Shown: positions 1 through 13,775, counted from the whole stretch's first letter. The stretch is 53,544 bases of DNA, filler included, from Sphacelaria rigidula (GCA_964200075.2; 5 parts of 5 records of this genome joined end to end with filler, not necessarily neighbours in it), one strand, 5' to 3'. The notes: generated from the sequence alone by a model not told the origin. Numbers and translations are program-made.

Positions 1-545
1 TTGTCGTGCCCGCCCCCCCCCCCGTTGCGATAAGGTTCCTCTCCTCTTCCTGCCACGTGTTTGTTTTCTTTGTTTCGTCATACTCCAACCCTCCTCCCTC
101 CCCCCTGCTCGAGACAAGTCCGCATTCCCAAGGAGTCAAAACATCCCTATCCCCGAATACCTACCTGTCTGCCAGTTTTGTCATCCAACGCTGGATGATG
201 ACCATTGGATGAACATTCTCGCAACCCGTCGATATTCGTCCGGAGATAAGTTTTTTCATGCTTTCACAAAGTTCGACAAATAATAATAATGATAAATAAT
301 AATTAATAATTCACGCTCTCGATGAAGGGAACCAACCCACACAGGGAAAACGTTTATGTGGGGTTTCGAGCTCACTACTAGTAATATACGCCGTCCGAAC
401 TGACCCATGACGTTCCGGTTTGACCGGCCGGGACGTTGCGATTCACGCGCCTGCGTCTACCTGTGTGTCTGCATATTTTGATTTAACCTTATCTGGCCTA
501 TTCATTTTGACTTGTTTTGTTCTGTGTGATGACGTTTGCGCGAAG

Positions 546-3500
546 GTGCACCTAATCGGAGAGTGCCCGGAGGACTACCCCCTCCAGAAGAAGCGACACA
601 CGCTGGAGTTTTTGAGGGGAATCGCGCATCTCCGCCCGCGTACCAATACCATCGCCGCTGTGGCTAGGGTGCGGTCTGCTCTTGCGCAGGTGCGTCAAAT
701 AAGGCGTCCTTGTCATGTGCGGTGCTGGCACAGGGGGCCAACCAGCAGAGCCAACTTTGTAACGGTCCTGATATGTAAAATGTGCTTGGTTGGGGCGGAT
801 GGATTGGGATGGGTGTCCGGTTGTTTTTGGTTGTTTTTTGGCACGGACAGACGATATTCACGTACGCATGTATACCAGCGTATCAAAATTGTTCCGAAAT
901 ATCGACGGTCGTCGTGAGTTTATAGAGAGATGTACATCATCCAGTTGTTGCCTCACATGATGAGCATCCCTTTTACTTTTTTCTCGGATACCCGTGCAGT
1001 CCCCGGTCTTCGACAAATCCCATCTTGTGTCTGTCTGGTATTTCATTCATAATTTTTTGTGTGCTTGCCTTGATCCTTTGGATATATCACCTTGGTCTCT
1101 GCGATCGATGTGTATTTTTGTTCTTCATCGAAAAAGTGTGGGCTACGCACGATTCACGCGGTACGGAATGGTCCATGAATCTGCAGTGACGGGTCACGGT
1201 TGTATATCGTGTGTATATATTTGCTACTTTGCACTTGGAAACTACTGCCATCAAATATGCAAATGCATCATGTTTGTCATCATTTCAAAGGTTGATGTGG
1301 TTCTGTTTTTTTATATTTTTTATCATTATTATTTTTCTCTGAATACCTGATGTCATTCTCTTTATCCCCACCTCACCGCCTGTTTCTGGGGCTTGCTTCA
1401 TTTTTTGTTCCTGCTTCTTTTCCTCGTCTCCTCATCTCTAGAGTTTCCTTCAGCGAGTATTTTTGGATAGTTGCCTTGTATTCGTCTATCTTGTGATCAC
1501 GGCCGGATTCGTAGCTGATCAACTGTCGCGCGATAATCAATCAATAGGATCACACGATACTCCCTCTGCCCCATAAGTCTGATCGGTCATGTTTGTACGA
1601 GCTTTTACCCGTGACCGATCTGATTTTCGATGTTTTTCGGTTTCTCGACTGTTTTTCAGTCAGAAGTAAACATGTATTGTTCGCAGCTCGCTATTGAACA
1701 ATGCGGCCGAACGGCCGCAAAAAAAAAAAAGTCGGCCCAAACATGGCCGTATTTCGCCCCTTTCTCAGAGGCCACAAAAGTGTCGGGAAAAAATAACCGG
1801 TCGGTCGAGGAAATTCCCGTTCGTCTCATCCACCTGATCGCAGATGAAGTCGATTTGGCGATGCTTCTGAGCAGGGGAAAGGGAGGGTTTGATGCGGCGA
1901 GCCACCCTTTGCCGCCGCTTGTTTCTTGAACCACTACCGCACGATCTCCGCACCGTAATCCAACCCGATGTCTTTCAGCTGATCGAACACCTGACGTATT
2001 GTAAATGATTAATGACCGATCCTGCTTGTTGATGTTCTTCTCCAGCGCCGCAACCTTCGTTTGCGTGAGAAGCTACGGGCGTCCAGTCCTTGTGTTGTTC
2101 GAAAGGTCCACCTCGTGGGTAGCGTCGATCTAGGCTTTGGCGTTTTCCCACAATTTCGTCGGGTACTCGGGACCAACACCGTAGCGTTCGCAAATTGGCC
2201 CCAGCGAGCCCTTGGGCACCCTCACCTTGCCCGGTGGAAAAGCCAGCGCAACCCCCATCGCAATCGCTTAGCGACGACCCATTTGTAGCTCGCCACCCGT
2301 GCGGTGAGGGGGGGGGGGGGGGGGGGTGCCCGGGGGCAAGTCCATCGTGTTGTGATGTCTGTGGGCTGGGTGTGGGATGTTCAACACGAATTCTCAACAT
2401 CATTCTCAAAAATATTATCATGAGAATCCTCAAGAAAAGGTTAAAATGGGTGTATAATGACCTGGTTTTAGTATTGAAAACAAGCTTTTTTTCCCCTTTT
2501 TTTCTTTGACTTTGTATGAGCTTTATCTTTTTACATAACCCAAGTATAAGGTCATCACCGCCGTTGCACTCAAACAAACAACCGCCCATAGACTTGTGGG
2601 ACAGAGAAAGTACATGGTTGAGCAGTTGAGCATCTCCATACATGGAATATAAAAACTTGCACGGTTCAAACGGATAAAATCGTGAGTCATCGCATATTTC
2701 CACACGTTGGGCTGCTCGCGAGCGAGCTCATCTGCGCGCTGTAGCTCACTTCTAGTCAAACGTGTACATGTGAGCTACGCCCGATACCTCACCAAGGGCA
2801 AACATGGGTAAACATGCGCTGATGAGATGAAGGTTGGTCGCTCTCTCTCCCAGAACGAATATGCGTTGATGAGCTACGGGTTGGTGGCTCACCCAAGGCA
2901 AACATGCATAGCTCATGTAGCTCTCATAGCTGATCCAGGGCGAACATGTGTAGCTCATGTAGCTCTCACGGCTCAGTAGGGAGCTACGCTGAGTAAGAAC
3001 CAGCTGGGGCTACAGGGAGCTGATCTATCAAACGTATGGATTTTTGCCATATTTTTTTTCCGGTCGCGCGTGAAGAATTGTAAACAAGAGTTGAAGCCAC
3101 ATAAAAATAAATTATATGGACGTCTCAGATCGGAATTTTTGTTTTCCGTCGCACTTTTTCAAGCGTTTTTTCATAAGACAGGTCCTAGACCCTAGCCTCT
3201 AAGGCCTGTCTTCAAAAATGTCCGAACTACCGCGTCTGAAAGTACAGTGCAGTACAGTATACAGTACATTACATGACAGCACAGCACAGTCCAATGCAGA
3301 ACACCATGGTAAACATTGTGATACGGTAGAGTGGTACATACAGCGCAAAGGTACTCCAAACAAAAGAGACAACCCGCATGACAACGAGTTGCACCATGAC
3401 CCCTACAATGATGAGGGAAGGCGTCCTGCAGTCTAACGGAATGACAGTGCAGCATTGTTGCCGCGCAGTACGGGTAGACAACGAATCGCTCACACTGTCT

Positions 3501-6500
3501 AGCTGAACATACATTCACGAGACTGGCAACAGTGCGGAGATGTACCAAAAGCAACGCATTGTGCGCACCGAGCATTTCAATTTCGCCCAAGACAAGGAAG
3601 CGAATGCTGATACCATGTCGGCGGCAGGGCGCTCGCCTGCTGCGATGTCAAACATTTCTACTTCGTCGCTGGTGCCTACTGTACGTCCAGTAGATCATCC
3701 AGAGCAAACACGCGTAGCCCACGTATCTCTCATAGCTCATCTAAGGCAAACATGCGTAGCTCATGTTGCTCTCATAGCTTAGTAGGGAGCTACCCGAAAA
3801 AAGAGCTAGCTCGAGCTGCAGGGAAGTGATCTGTCCGGCGTGTGCATACTTCACGTTTGTACGAATCAATCACACGATTCGTGCACAAATTGTGATTCGA
3901 ACATGTTTTGGGCTCGTGATTCGTGCGACACTACTTGTAGCGTACACATTCCCAGTTCGTGATTCGTGCGGTACACCGTCCGAGGTAATTTTTCCCTACC
4001 TTCCATACGTACGATATGAATCATAGGTACGTTCTCCCTCCTCCCATTATATACGTCATGAATCATGGATACATGCTCCCCGCCTTCCAGTCTCACGGCA
4101 CGATCCACGGGTACGCATCCATTCCCTTCTTTTTCATGCACCATGGACCATAGATGCGCAGTCCCCACCTTCCATTCGTACAAGATGAAGTACGGGTACA
4201 TGTTTCCCACCTGTGATTCATGCAAGATGAATCAAGTGTACGTTTTCCCCACCTGTGTTTCGTACAGAAGCCATACTTCGTACATATTTTGCACTCTTCA
4301 TTCGTGTGACACGACTTGGAGTATACACTAGACCAGTTCGTGATTCGTGCGGTACGAACTTGAACGTAGAACTTTACCGCCCGTGATTCATACCGGATGG
4401 CTCTTTGGTACAAAAATCGCTGTCAACATTCATGGGGAGTCAAGTCGTGCGAACTCTGATTCGTCCGAGCCGTGAAAGCTTGGCCCCATTCCATGATTGT
4501 ATTATATCGTGTCACGTCTGTATTCAGGGGCGACGAAGGCTAACCCGAGTGAGGTGCTGCATCCCAACATCTCCTTACAGACAAGTCGAACCCAGGATCA
4601 CAAACTGGCTACCTTAGTGTATATCTTATACTCTGAACCGGCACTTCTGACTTAATTCGCCTGCTCTAGGATCACAAACTGGCTACCTTAGTGTATATCT
4701 TATACTCTGAACCGGCACTTCTGACTTGATTCGCCTGCTCTAGGATCACAAACTGGCTACCTTAGTGTATATATTATACTCTGAACCGGCACTTCTGACT
4801 TGATTCGCCTGCTCTAGACCACTGTGCCGTCATATCCTCTTCGAACCAACCTCTCATGAATCATATCTCCTCCGAACCAACCTCGCTAGTCGGTTATAGG
4901 ATCGTTCTTGCAGTTCTCCCTTCAGCCGGATCGGTCAGTAAGCTCCAGGAAATGTACTACTCTGGGCGGATTCCTTGATTGATTGCTTCATTGGACTGAT
5001 TGACTGTCGCACATTGAGTGATCTCTGGAGAATCCTGCCATGGTCATTATCCACAAGATGTCTTTAACCCAAGGTAATCACACCGGACAAACTTGTCGAA
5101 AGAAACTCGACTATTAGGATCAAATCTTGACATGGGTTTGTTTTAGTGACTCCAGGCGCGGAGTACGTCAAAGCGTAAACTGAAAAAAGTCTATAAATGT
5201 TGATTGCCGGGGCCTGTGCTGATTTCCGTTACACAATACTCGACGAAATATTGTCAGACAGGCACCAGGGGGTGACCGGTTTTCAACTTGAGCTTCAGGA
5301 ACCGTCCCGAGGAGGGTGAGTAATCGAAAGTAGGACGGAAAATGTTTCAAAATAGTTGTGTCTATATATGTAGACGTACGTACGTTCACGCCGCCGCACC
5401 CCGGCGGTGTAGTGGTGGAAGATCCATGTAGCAAGACTTTGTATTTGACAAGGGTCGACGCGGTTTGGTGGTGCAGATGCAATCCGTCATATCAAAGTAC
5501 ATGGTGGGAAGCCGGGGAAAAGATCGAGTTGATCGCTTGAGGCCACGAACCCGGCCCGAGGAAGCGAATGGGTCAAAAGTGGACGGGCGAACAAGAACGA
5601 AAAATGCATGTTTACGGTCACTGATATGATGCAGGCTACGCACGACTTCTTCCGGGAGGAAGGGTTTTTGTATCTCCAGTCTCCGCTCATCACGGCCTCC
5701 GATTGCGAGGGCGCCGGCGAGATGTTCCGCGTGACTACCCTGCCTTCTAAGGTGTGTTTTGCGGATGGAAACTGTCACGCACGGGCCATCGTTATGGACA
5801 CCGGCAACGAAGTAGATTGCAACGTAATCTATTGTAGAATACCACGTGTCATGTATACGCAGGATACCATCCCCGGGTGATGAGTTTTGGGCTGTTTGGC
5901 ATTTTGGCATGATATCATCTACGATGCTGTACAAGGGTACATTGTATATCACCCTGTTTCGTAGAAATCACCCCAAGTATGGCTTTTCGGGCTCCAAAAC
6001 CTCATCACCAGGGGGTCGTACACACCGCTACCTACGGTAAGACACTTACACTTCAATCGGTCCACGTCTTTCAGTGTCCGACTTATACTATTGCAGCCTT
6101 TGTTAACGTCGTCGTTTTTATTGTTGTTGTTGTTGCTGTTGCTGTTGATATTGATGTTGCTGTTGTCGTTGCTGTGTTTGAGCCACCCCGCACTGAGTAG
6201 TGGTGCTCACTTGCGCCGTAAACTTAACTGCTCCATCCCTACAGGTGTCAGAAGTGCCGACTCTGCCAGATGGGTCTGCTGACTACAGCCAGGACTTCTT
6301 CGGCAAGCCCGCCTTCTTGACAGTGTCAGGCCAGGTGATTACTTCGTTTCGGTGAGCTTGGGGGTTGAATAGGTCGGGGCTTTGGCGTGGAAGTGAGTTT
6401 TGGGCTCTGGAGTGGAGGCTCGTGGGCGTTGGCGAGCGTTGTCCATGTTGCTAGGGCAACAATGGCGGCGACATGGCATTCATGTCAACAGTGACGGCGA

Positions 6501-9500
6501 CATGTTTCGTGTCTTTCAGTTGGTGGTGATGCTATTTGTTTGGAACCCTTGAACGAGTCCAGCCTGGCTGCTTTGACCCACCTGGCGTGGAGATGGGTTG
6601 GGGTTTCTGGAGTGGAGGCTTGTGGGCGGTCGACAAATGTTGCAAGGGCAGGTCGAGTAGAGTATGTACTTTTGAGTACTCGAGCAGAATACTCGAGTAT
6701 TTTCTCCCCTCAAAGTGTGAGTAGGTCGAGTATGGCCTCAAATATTCTACTCAAATTCTGAGTAGGTTGAGTATGACCTCAAACACTCTACTCAAATATT
6801 GAGTAGATCGAGTACGACCTCAAATACTCCACTCAACTATTGAGTACGCACTCTCAGTAATACTCCAGTATAGAGTATCACTTGAGTATGACCTCAATAC
6901 TGTACTCAAACTTTGAGTAGGTCGAGTATGATCTCGAATACTCTACTCAAAATTTGAGTGCTTAATCTATGACTCTTCGAAAATACTGAGTATTGAGTAT
7001 ACTCTTCTCGACCTGCCCTTGAAATTTTGTCCATGTTTCTCAGACAACAATGCCGGCGGCATATTTCGTGTGCTCCAAGTAGCGTTAATGGTTCTTGTTT
7101 GGAACCCTTCAACGAAACCACTCCAGCTGCTTTGAGCCACGGTCAGATGATACCTGACCTTATCGGAGATCCGCAGGTCGAACCCGCATGGAGGCAACCT
7201 CCTCGGAAAACTCCATTCCTCTAACGACTACTGAGTCTCTACACGCCCGTTATTTGCGACAAAAAATCGTAAAATAAGTGATTATTGCTCATTGTCTTCA
7301 CCGTCCTTGTGTCTGCAATCTGTGGTACGCCTATGCCCATGTACTGTTAATGTGTCTGCAGGTTGCGTGCGTTTTCCAAATGCTCCTCATTTTTCTTTTT
7401 GTTTTACCTCACCTGACTATGTGCAGCTCTCCGCGGAGACGCATGCGTGCGCCTTAGGGGATGTTTACACATTTGGACCGACGTTTCGAGCAGAGAACAG
7501 CCAAACCACTAGACACTTGGCGGAATTCTGGATGATAGAGCCGGAGATGGCGTTTGCGGATCTCACCGACGACATGGACAACGCGGTCAGTATGTAACCT
7601 CAGCCTAGTAATTGCGGTATGAGTTGAAGACACTGGCAAGTGACGACCCGCTGAAAATATATGTTCGGTCTGCGTTTCTAGAGTAGTCGTCTCTCCTTGG
7701 GTGTGTCGGTTCATGCTCATACGTCTGTCGGTGCTCGTTCGTCTTCCGTATTTTGTGTCTTTCATGTTTTTGGATTCTCTCGTGTCTTCTGTCTCTTGTG
7801 CTTCGGGTGTCTGTTCGTCTGACTGCCTCTCTCGACCTTTCCTGAAAACCGCCGTGCGAATTTCCGTCAAACACGATGCATTTTTTAGTCCATTTGCCCC
7901 CCGCATCCTTCTTCCCCTTCTTCTTCCCCTTCCTTTCCTTCGTCTCCTCGTCAGTGTATTCATCAACATGCTTACCGTCAACTACCAGCTCCGAAACATT
8001 CGTACCTTGGGCATCAGGTTTCCTGTTTCGCTTTGTTCCTACCTCCACAACGTGCGACAGGAAGCGTTCGTGAAGCACGTGGTGTCCCATATCATGGACG
8101 TCTGCGCCTCAGACCTGTCCTTTTTCAACCAGTTTTACGACAAGACCTTGCTTGAGCGGCTGCAGCGGGTCAAGGATAAGCCATTCGTCAGGGTAAGACG
8201 GGTCAAAGACCAGTGATGCGCGATGTGTGCCTCATAGACCTTGGGTGCTATATATGTATGTACGCATACAGCGCTGCCTGACGGTAACGATGTCAGAGCC
8301 GATTTTCTTTATCGAAAATGGTCACGTCGGTTGAGGCTTGGGGCCGAACTGCTGTTGCTCCTGCTGCCGTACATGTACTGTCAAGCCGTAATTCGCCACA
8401 CCGTGAGACTCAGGTGTGAGGTTAGAGTTGAAGTTTCAAAAGAGAGTCAAGATTGACGTTTGTTAGGGCAGCCTTGATGTTTATGCTTCGTTGTAGAAAA
8501 TAGCGATGATGTCCACGCCGAACGGCCGCGTCGCCGACGTGTGAGTCGTTGGACACGTGTTGTAGAGCAACGGAATCGGACTGGGATATGTAAGGTCTTG
8601 ATTTTCAAGAAAATGGGGGCTGGTAAGTGCGGCTCAGTTCACGCTGCGTAACGCGCGACATTCTGCTTCGCGCATGATGGTTTTCTATCTGTGTGCTACG
8701 TGTAATTTTTCGACTCTTGCTGTAGGTGAGGTCTGGTTCGAGGCCGTACTGTTTGTGTTGTTCGCGTTCGATACTGTCAATCCCGTTTGTTTTCCTTCAT
8801 CATTTTCTCCCTCCTCATTGTTTCTTCCATGTTTTCTTGTTAGGTGCGCTACGCAGACGCTGTCACGGCATTGCAGGAGGAGATCGCCAAGGATCCGTCT
8901 AAGTGGGCTTTCCCCGATGTCAAATTCGGCACCGACTTGCAGGTGCCAGATGCGTGTATATTCTTTTAGATCTGTACGCGTAGCTCTCGGACCTACGGTA
9001 CGTATTGTTTGTCGGAACACTGAACCGCGGTGTTCGCGCTAGAATAACGCAGTCGCAGTCTGCATTGTGCTTGGAGTAAGTTCAGCTGGGCGGGTTGTGT
9101 CCTGCTTGATGCGAAAAGTGTGCTTTTCCTGTTGGTGCGTGTGTGATGTGATGCAGTCGTCGCTTTCCATCCTCGGAGTGTACCACTTTATACTTGAAGG
9201 GGGGGAAGAGAGGGATATGCAGAGAATGCCATGCATCTTTTCCCACCCGAGAAATATGAGGATACGTCCGCCACGTGCGCTGGAATATCGAGTTTGGAAT
9301 TGAAGAAGAAAATGGAACAACGGGTAAATATGGCGGGAATTCTCGATCGAAAATGGTTTGCATGAATTCCGTCCGCTATCGTTTGCTTTGATATTGCGAA
9401 CTTTTGACGTTTCTTTGCCTGTGCTGTGCTGTGCTGTGCTGTGCTGTCCTGTGCTGCTGCGTTCTCTATTCGTCCTGTTTTTCACGTGAACTGTCTTTTC

Positions 9501-9745
9501 TTTTCGTGTCCTCCCCCGCCCCTGTCCGTGTTTCTGGCTTTGTCCCCTTTTTTTTCGCGCACATGTTTTTCTCCTTCGCCCCTTCGACACGCGGCAGACT
9601 GAACACGAGCGCTGGCTAGCGGAGACGCGGCACAACACGGCAGTGTTTGTGTACGACTACCCAAGAGACATCAAGGCGTTCTACATGCGGGATAATGAGG
9701 ACGGGAAGACGGTGGCGGCCATGGATCTGCTTGTGCCGGGCGTTG
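546..9745 (+). CDS. asnS: Asparaginyl-tRNA synthetase (bacterial/organellar type), partial. Seven internal exons: 546-689, 5635-5751, 6245-6334, 7427-7585, 8061-8192, 8844-8942, 9598-9745
   Basis: All exons are bounded by AG/GT and splice in frame. The translation contains AsnRS hallmarks: [88 protein letters not shown] (class II motif 2), [21 protein letters not shown] and [13 protein letters not shown]. The 5' and 3' exons were not found in the contig. Confidence 0.96.
2710..3030. repeat. Dispersed repeat family with internal GTAGCTCATGTAGCTCTCATAGCT / AGGGCAAACATG units (other copies about 3690-3832 and 44990-45305)
   Basis: The same subrepeats and the terminal segment GTAGGGAGCTAC...AGCTAGCTCG occur at three places on two contigs. 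Probably a non-autonomous transposon. Boundaries are approximate. Confidence 0.7.
4510..5132. mobile_element. Candidate solo LTR in AsnRS intron 1
   Basis: Begins TGTCA and ends TGACA (TG...CA with a short inverted end), about 620 bp, with an internal 74-bp tandem triplication. No target-site duplication was seen. Confidence 0.35.
4594..4817. repeat. Tandem repeat, 74-bp unit x3
   Basis: Unit AGGATCACAAACTGGCTACCTTAGTGTATATCTTATACTCTGAACCGGCACTTCTGACTTGATTCGCCTGCTCT starts at 4594, 4668 and 4742; copies are nearly identical. Confidence 0.95.
6643..7021. mobile_element. hAT-like MITE
   Basis: Terminal inverted repeat CAAGGGCAGGTCGAG...CTCGACCTGCCCTTG. The flanks AAATGTTG / AAATTTTG form a near-perfect 8-bp TSD. 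Internal GAGTATGACCTCAAATACTCTACTCAA subrepeats. Confidence 0.8.
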
Positions 9746-10498
9746 GTGAGTCAGCTCAATTCGGTTCCACCCCCCCAAATAGCCACGTGACTGCGTTAGT
9801 TCCACCCGGGCTGTAGTATGGACCAGGACTGTAAAAAGTCCGGAATCACGATGTTCGCTGTCGCACACGGCAGCCGAAGGCGATATGCGCCCCCCGAAGG
9901 GCCTGGGGGGCTGTCCTCGCGTAGGGGCCGCCAACGAAAAGTATGGATGGGATTTTCCGGTCAAAATACGCCAAAATTCGATCGAAGTATGGTTTGCTCT
10001 CGTTCATTTTCAGCCGATCGATTGGAGTATTGTATTTATCAGTAGGGTTTCGCAGCGATCTGTAGCAATAGTCACGTAAACAAAAACGAAGTGCTCCAAA
10101 ACAGTCCGCCTTCGCCGAAAGAACAGCCCCACTTCGTTTTTTGAGGGAAGCCGAGAGTGGCCCCTCAAAAAAATGTGTGCTGCGTGCGATGTAGGCTCGG
10201 AATGGGCGCTGGGGCACATGCGCGCACGCTTTCAAATACTAATATGGATCATGGTGTGCACAATGTAAGCGGTAAGATGTGAGGTTTCGTCGGGTTTACG
10301 ACACACCGACGAAAGCATGTATTATTTTCTATCCAGAGTATAGCGTGCTTCGTTCTGTTACCCGAGCACCAACGGCCAGATGAAGTTGAACTCGTCTGAA
10401 CGCTGCGGAAGTGAAATTTAGTGCGAGCTCTCTTCTGTGCCGTTCTTCTGTTGCGTGCCGTGCCTCTTGTTGTTTTTCATGAGACGAAGTGACTGTGC

Positions 10499-10550
<52 letters not shown>
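10499..10550. repeat. (GT)n microsatellite
   Basis: About 25 uninterrupted GT units. Confidence 0.97.
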
Positions 10551-10554
<4 letters not shown>

Positions 10555-10632
10555 TCTCAACAGGTTAGACACCCATGAGGCAGTGTAAAAGCTGTGGCTG
10601 TCTCTGGAAGTGGTGATACCACAGAATAAAGC

Positions 10633-10732
10633 NNNNNNNNNNNNNNNNNNNNNNNNNNNNNNNNNNNNNNNNNNNNTTAATTAATTAANNNNNNNNNNNN
10701 NNNNNNNNNNNNNNNNNNNNNNNNNNNNNNNN
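10633..10732. other. Artificial contig-joining linker (N44-TTAATTAATTAA-N44)
   Basis: 100-nt spacer with a six-frame stop core; the same spacer recurs three more times. Confidence 0.99.
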
Positions 10733-12124
10733 AACACACCACAGGACAGTGATAGCTGCAGCACATGAGAGCGGACGTGAGTGTGTTTGTGCTGCAGTAC
10801 AGTGAAACAAGACATGTTTCAAGTTTTAGTTCTTCGTCTGATTATAAACGGTCGCTCAGTCTGTGCAGGGTGCCGATCTTGAACGCTCGGACATGATCGC
10901 GCTTCGCTCAAATAATTTAATTTACTACAAAATTATCCCCATGTATGGGTGCTGTGCCCATTTTGGGCCAGTTTGGACGTTTTAACGTCAAACACTAGCG
11001 ATTACATGCTGAGAAATATGTTTGATGGGGCGTGCGCAGATTAACGTCACGGAGATATTCAAAATCAATGGTTCTTTGGCGATTTTGACGTTTTTTTCAC
11101 GTTTTTTTTACGTTTTTTCGCGATTTTTCGTGTTCCCGGGTCCCCCATGCTTACTGGGGGAAAGAGCGAAAAATTGCCGTTTTCTGGCCGACCTACTTTT
11201 TCTCGACCGCGAGACTGCACGCGTTGCTCAACCCCACAGCTGAGCAGCTTCTTTGATTTTTGCGAGCATCACTCCGACTCGATGGCAACGAACTATGTAT
11301 CACGCGGTCTCCAGCCCCTGCTTCATGTGTACTGCGTATTCTTTTTGACCGAAACAGTTCGTCGCATAGTTCCAGAGGTTGATGATACGTCGATTTTTCC
11401 CGCATCTTACATCCACGGGGAGCATTTTTTGGTATTTTCAATGTTTCACAATAGGCTCCAGCCTCAACCTCATCCTTTGGCTCCGGAGAACGACTAGGGC
11501 ACAGGAGGGCAGTGCGACGTAGTACTGCAGTAGTCACCGTTCAAGTGGGGAGTTATCTCGTTCGGGAGGCTTTCGCCGACTACTCTTTACTTCCGCTCGA
11601 CAGTGCTGGCATCGGTACACTTGGGGTAAAGAAACAGGTCGTTGACCGGAAACACCAAACAATGTTGCTTTGTCGGGAAATATGAACTACAGTAAAGAAA
11701 AAATATCTGTGTGTCTGTGTGTGTCACCACCCGTACCTCGTTCTAGAAACACGATTTTCGGCTGTGGCGACATGAACAGCTAGGATGTACAAAAACTGGG
11801 CCTAGGCGGTTGGCTATGCGCCACGAAGATTCGGATTGGTTCGACCGACCGAGCGTGTCGGAGAGTCTCCCCCCGAGGCTGCGTATTCTTAGGACCGTGT
11901 ACGATTGGTTGGCCCGTAAAATCGTTCAATATTGATCGTAAAAATCTTTTTTCATCCCTATTTTGTTTAGGGTACTGTTGTGTTGTATTTCATAGTATCT
12001 ATTCACCCCCAAACTTCGGTATCTAACGCGTACCGCGATGCCTAAAAACTCGCTTTCGACCGAAAATTCTCCGCTCAAGCGGTATCAACGCAGAAGCTGT
12101 CACATGCACCATTAATACTGTACT

Positions 12125-12274
12125 TCACACCCTGGACAATGACAATACATCATTTTGTCAAAAAATGTACTGGATACAGTGTGGAATCTATTGTCTGTTG
12201 CAATATTCACAGACGCAATGGTCGACACGGTACGCAGTCTGCTTTTCTACAATGCAATCTTTTGTCCAGGGTGT
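12125..12274. mobile_element. Small MITE, TCACACCCTGGACA family
   Basis: Inverted ends (TC)ACACCCTGGACAA...TTGTCCAGGGTGT. Related copies at 13040-13202, 19013-19124 and 36624-36808. Confidence 0.7.
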
Positions 12275-13039
12275 TCGCTATTTACTTCACCACATTTTTC
12301 TCAACTGTCTGTACCGTTTCCTGACTGCTTGCAGCTTGCAAGGCGGAATAGTACCGCCACGGGCGGTGCCCTCACCTGTCCACGAGCTCGACTTTAGGGG
12401 GCGAACTAAGTTCTTTGGCAGCCCTGTGCTAATGGCCGAGCACTAGATAGAACCTTCACACGGGGACAATGGAAGCTGAAATAAGGTCCCTCATCTTTCT
12501 AATCTTTCTGTAATGCCTGTGTGGCGCACTTCGGCTTTAACTTTGCACCCCAAAACTTCCTTCGAGGCGTCGGCCACGCGCGACATGGTTGACGAAGCTA
12601 CGCAAAGTTGGGAACGTGGGGTTGGACTATATACTGCCAGCCACTGTTGTCCCGTTTTTTGATAATTATATGCAACTTGAAGACGCCTATACTGTTCTAG
12701 ATAATGGCCAATATCGCCGGTTTTGATTATGGACACCGCACACTTGACGACTCCCATTTCGTCGCGGTAACCGACAGCAGGCCGCGAATATGACAGACGG
12801 TGGAAACGATCATACTGTATTCGTTTCACAGGTAGAGGGCGAAGTCTAATCGACATTTCGGCGCAACATGAGGCGACATGGGAAGATGGAGGGCAGAGCT
12901 TATCGCTACTTTTGGTGTTCACCCACCCCGCGTGGACCAGGTTCATAGTGTTGCGACGACAGACTGCTTCTCTCGCTCACTATCGCTTCCTACATCACTC
13001 AGGTGATCTCATAACTGTGGGATCATAATTCCATTGCAA

Positions 13040-13202
13040 AAGGTTAACACCCTGGATAAAAATGACAATGTATGGTCAATAGTTGCAATAGGCAATAAAT
13101 GTACTGCTTAAAGTATAGGGCTATTGCGACTACTGTCGGCCGACAGCACTTTATTGTCTATTGCAACTATCGACCATACGTTGTCCACGGTGTGAAAAGG
13201 TT
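13040..13202. mobile_element. Small MITE, TCACACCCTGGACA family
   Basis: Imperfect fold-back with ends ACACCCTGGA...TTGTCCACGGTGTGAA and internal inverted arms ATGGTCAATAGTTGCAATAG / CTATTGCAACTATCGACCAT. Confidence 0.75.
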
Positions 13203-13775
13203 CGGCGGGATTCGACAGACCACGTCAAGAACACGCTCGTGGTAAGTATGATCACGGGAACAGATACTCTCGGCTCGAAACTCGCACGTGAATCAACCGT
13301 AGGTAGTGTCACGTGCGCTTACAATCGTAGGCGTTTACGTCCTCGTTACCGCTGTACAGACATCACATACATGCTTACGTATCTTGCGCTACCAAGCGTA
13401 GTGGGATACGAACGGCACACACGCTATTGAAGGCACCATGAGCGGTCCACTTCGTAAAACATTCGACTATTTCAATCCACGCCGCAGATAAACAACGCGA
13501 CAGAACCTGGATAATCTTGCAAATACCGAGAAGGTCGAATCCTACCTGACGTGGCTTCAGTACACAGCACGTGTCCAACACAGACCATACACTGTTGCAC
13601 TCACTTTGAAAAACAGGCCAAGGCTGACCGACATATTTAAATTCTAGAAGCAAGTACGGAAACCACGTGATGGCTGTCTTACGTGCAACGTACAGCGAAA
13701 ATGCACACCGTGACAGAAGGGTACGTAATTTTTCTTCCAGAAGCACCCTCCCGCGCCCTCCTTCTCCTTTCTAAG

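Noticed and set aside
4594..4817. CRISPR-like regularly spaced repeats
   Set aside because: The units are head-to-tail with no unique spacers, there are no cas genes, and the context is a eukaryotic intron.
10677..10688. TTAATTAATTAA as a piggyBac site or biological motif
   Set aside because: It is embedded in symmetric N runs and repeated identically four times; it is a synthetic linker.
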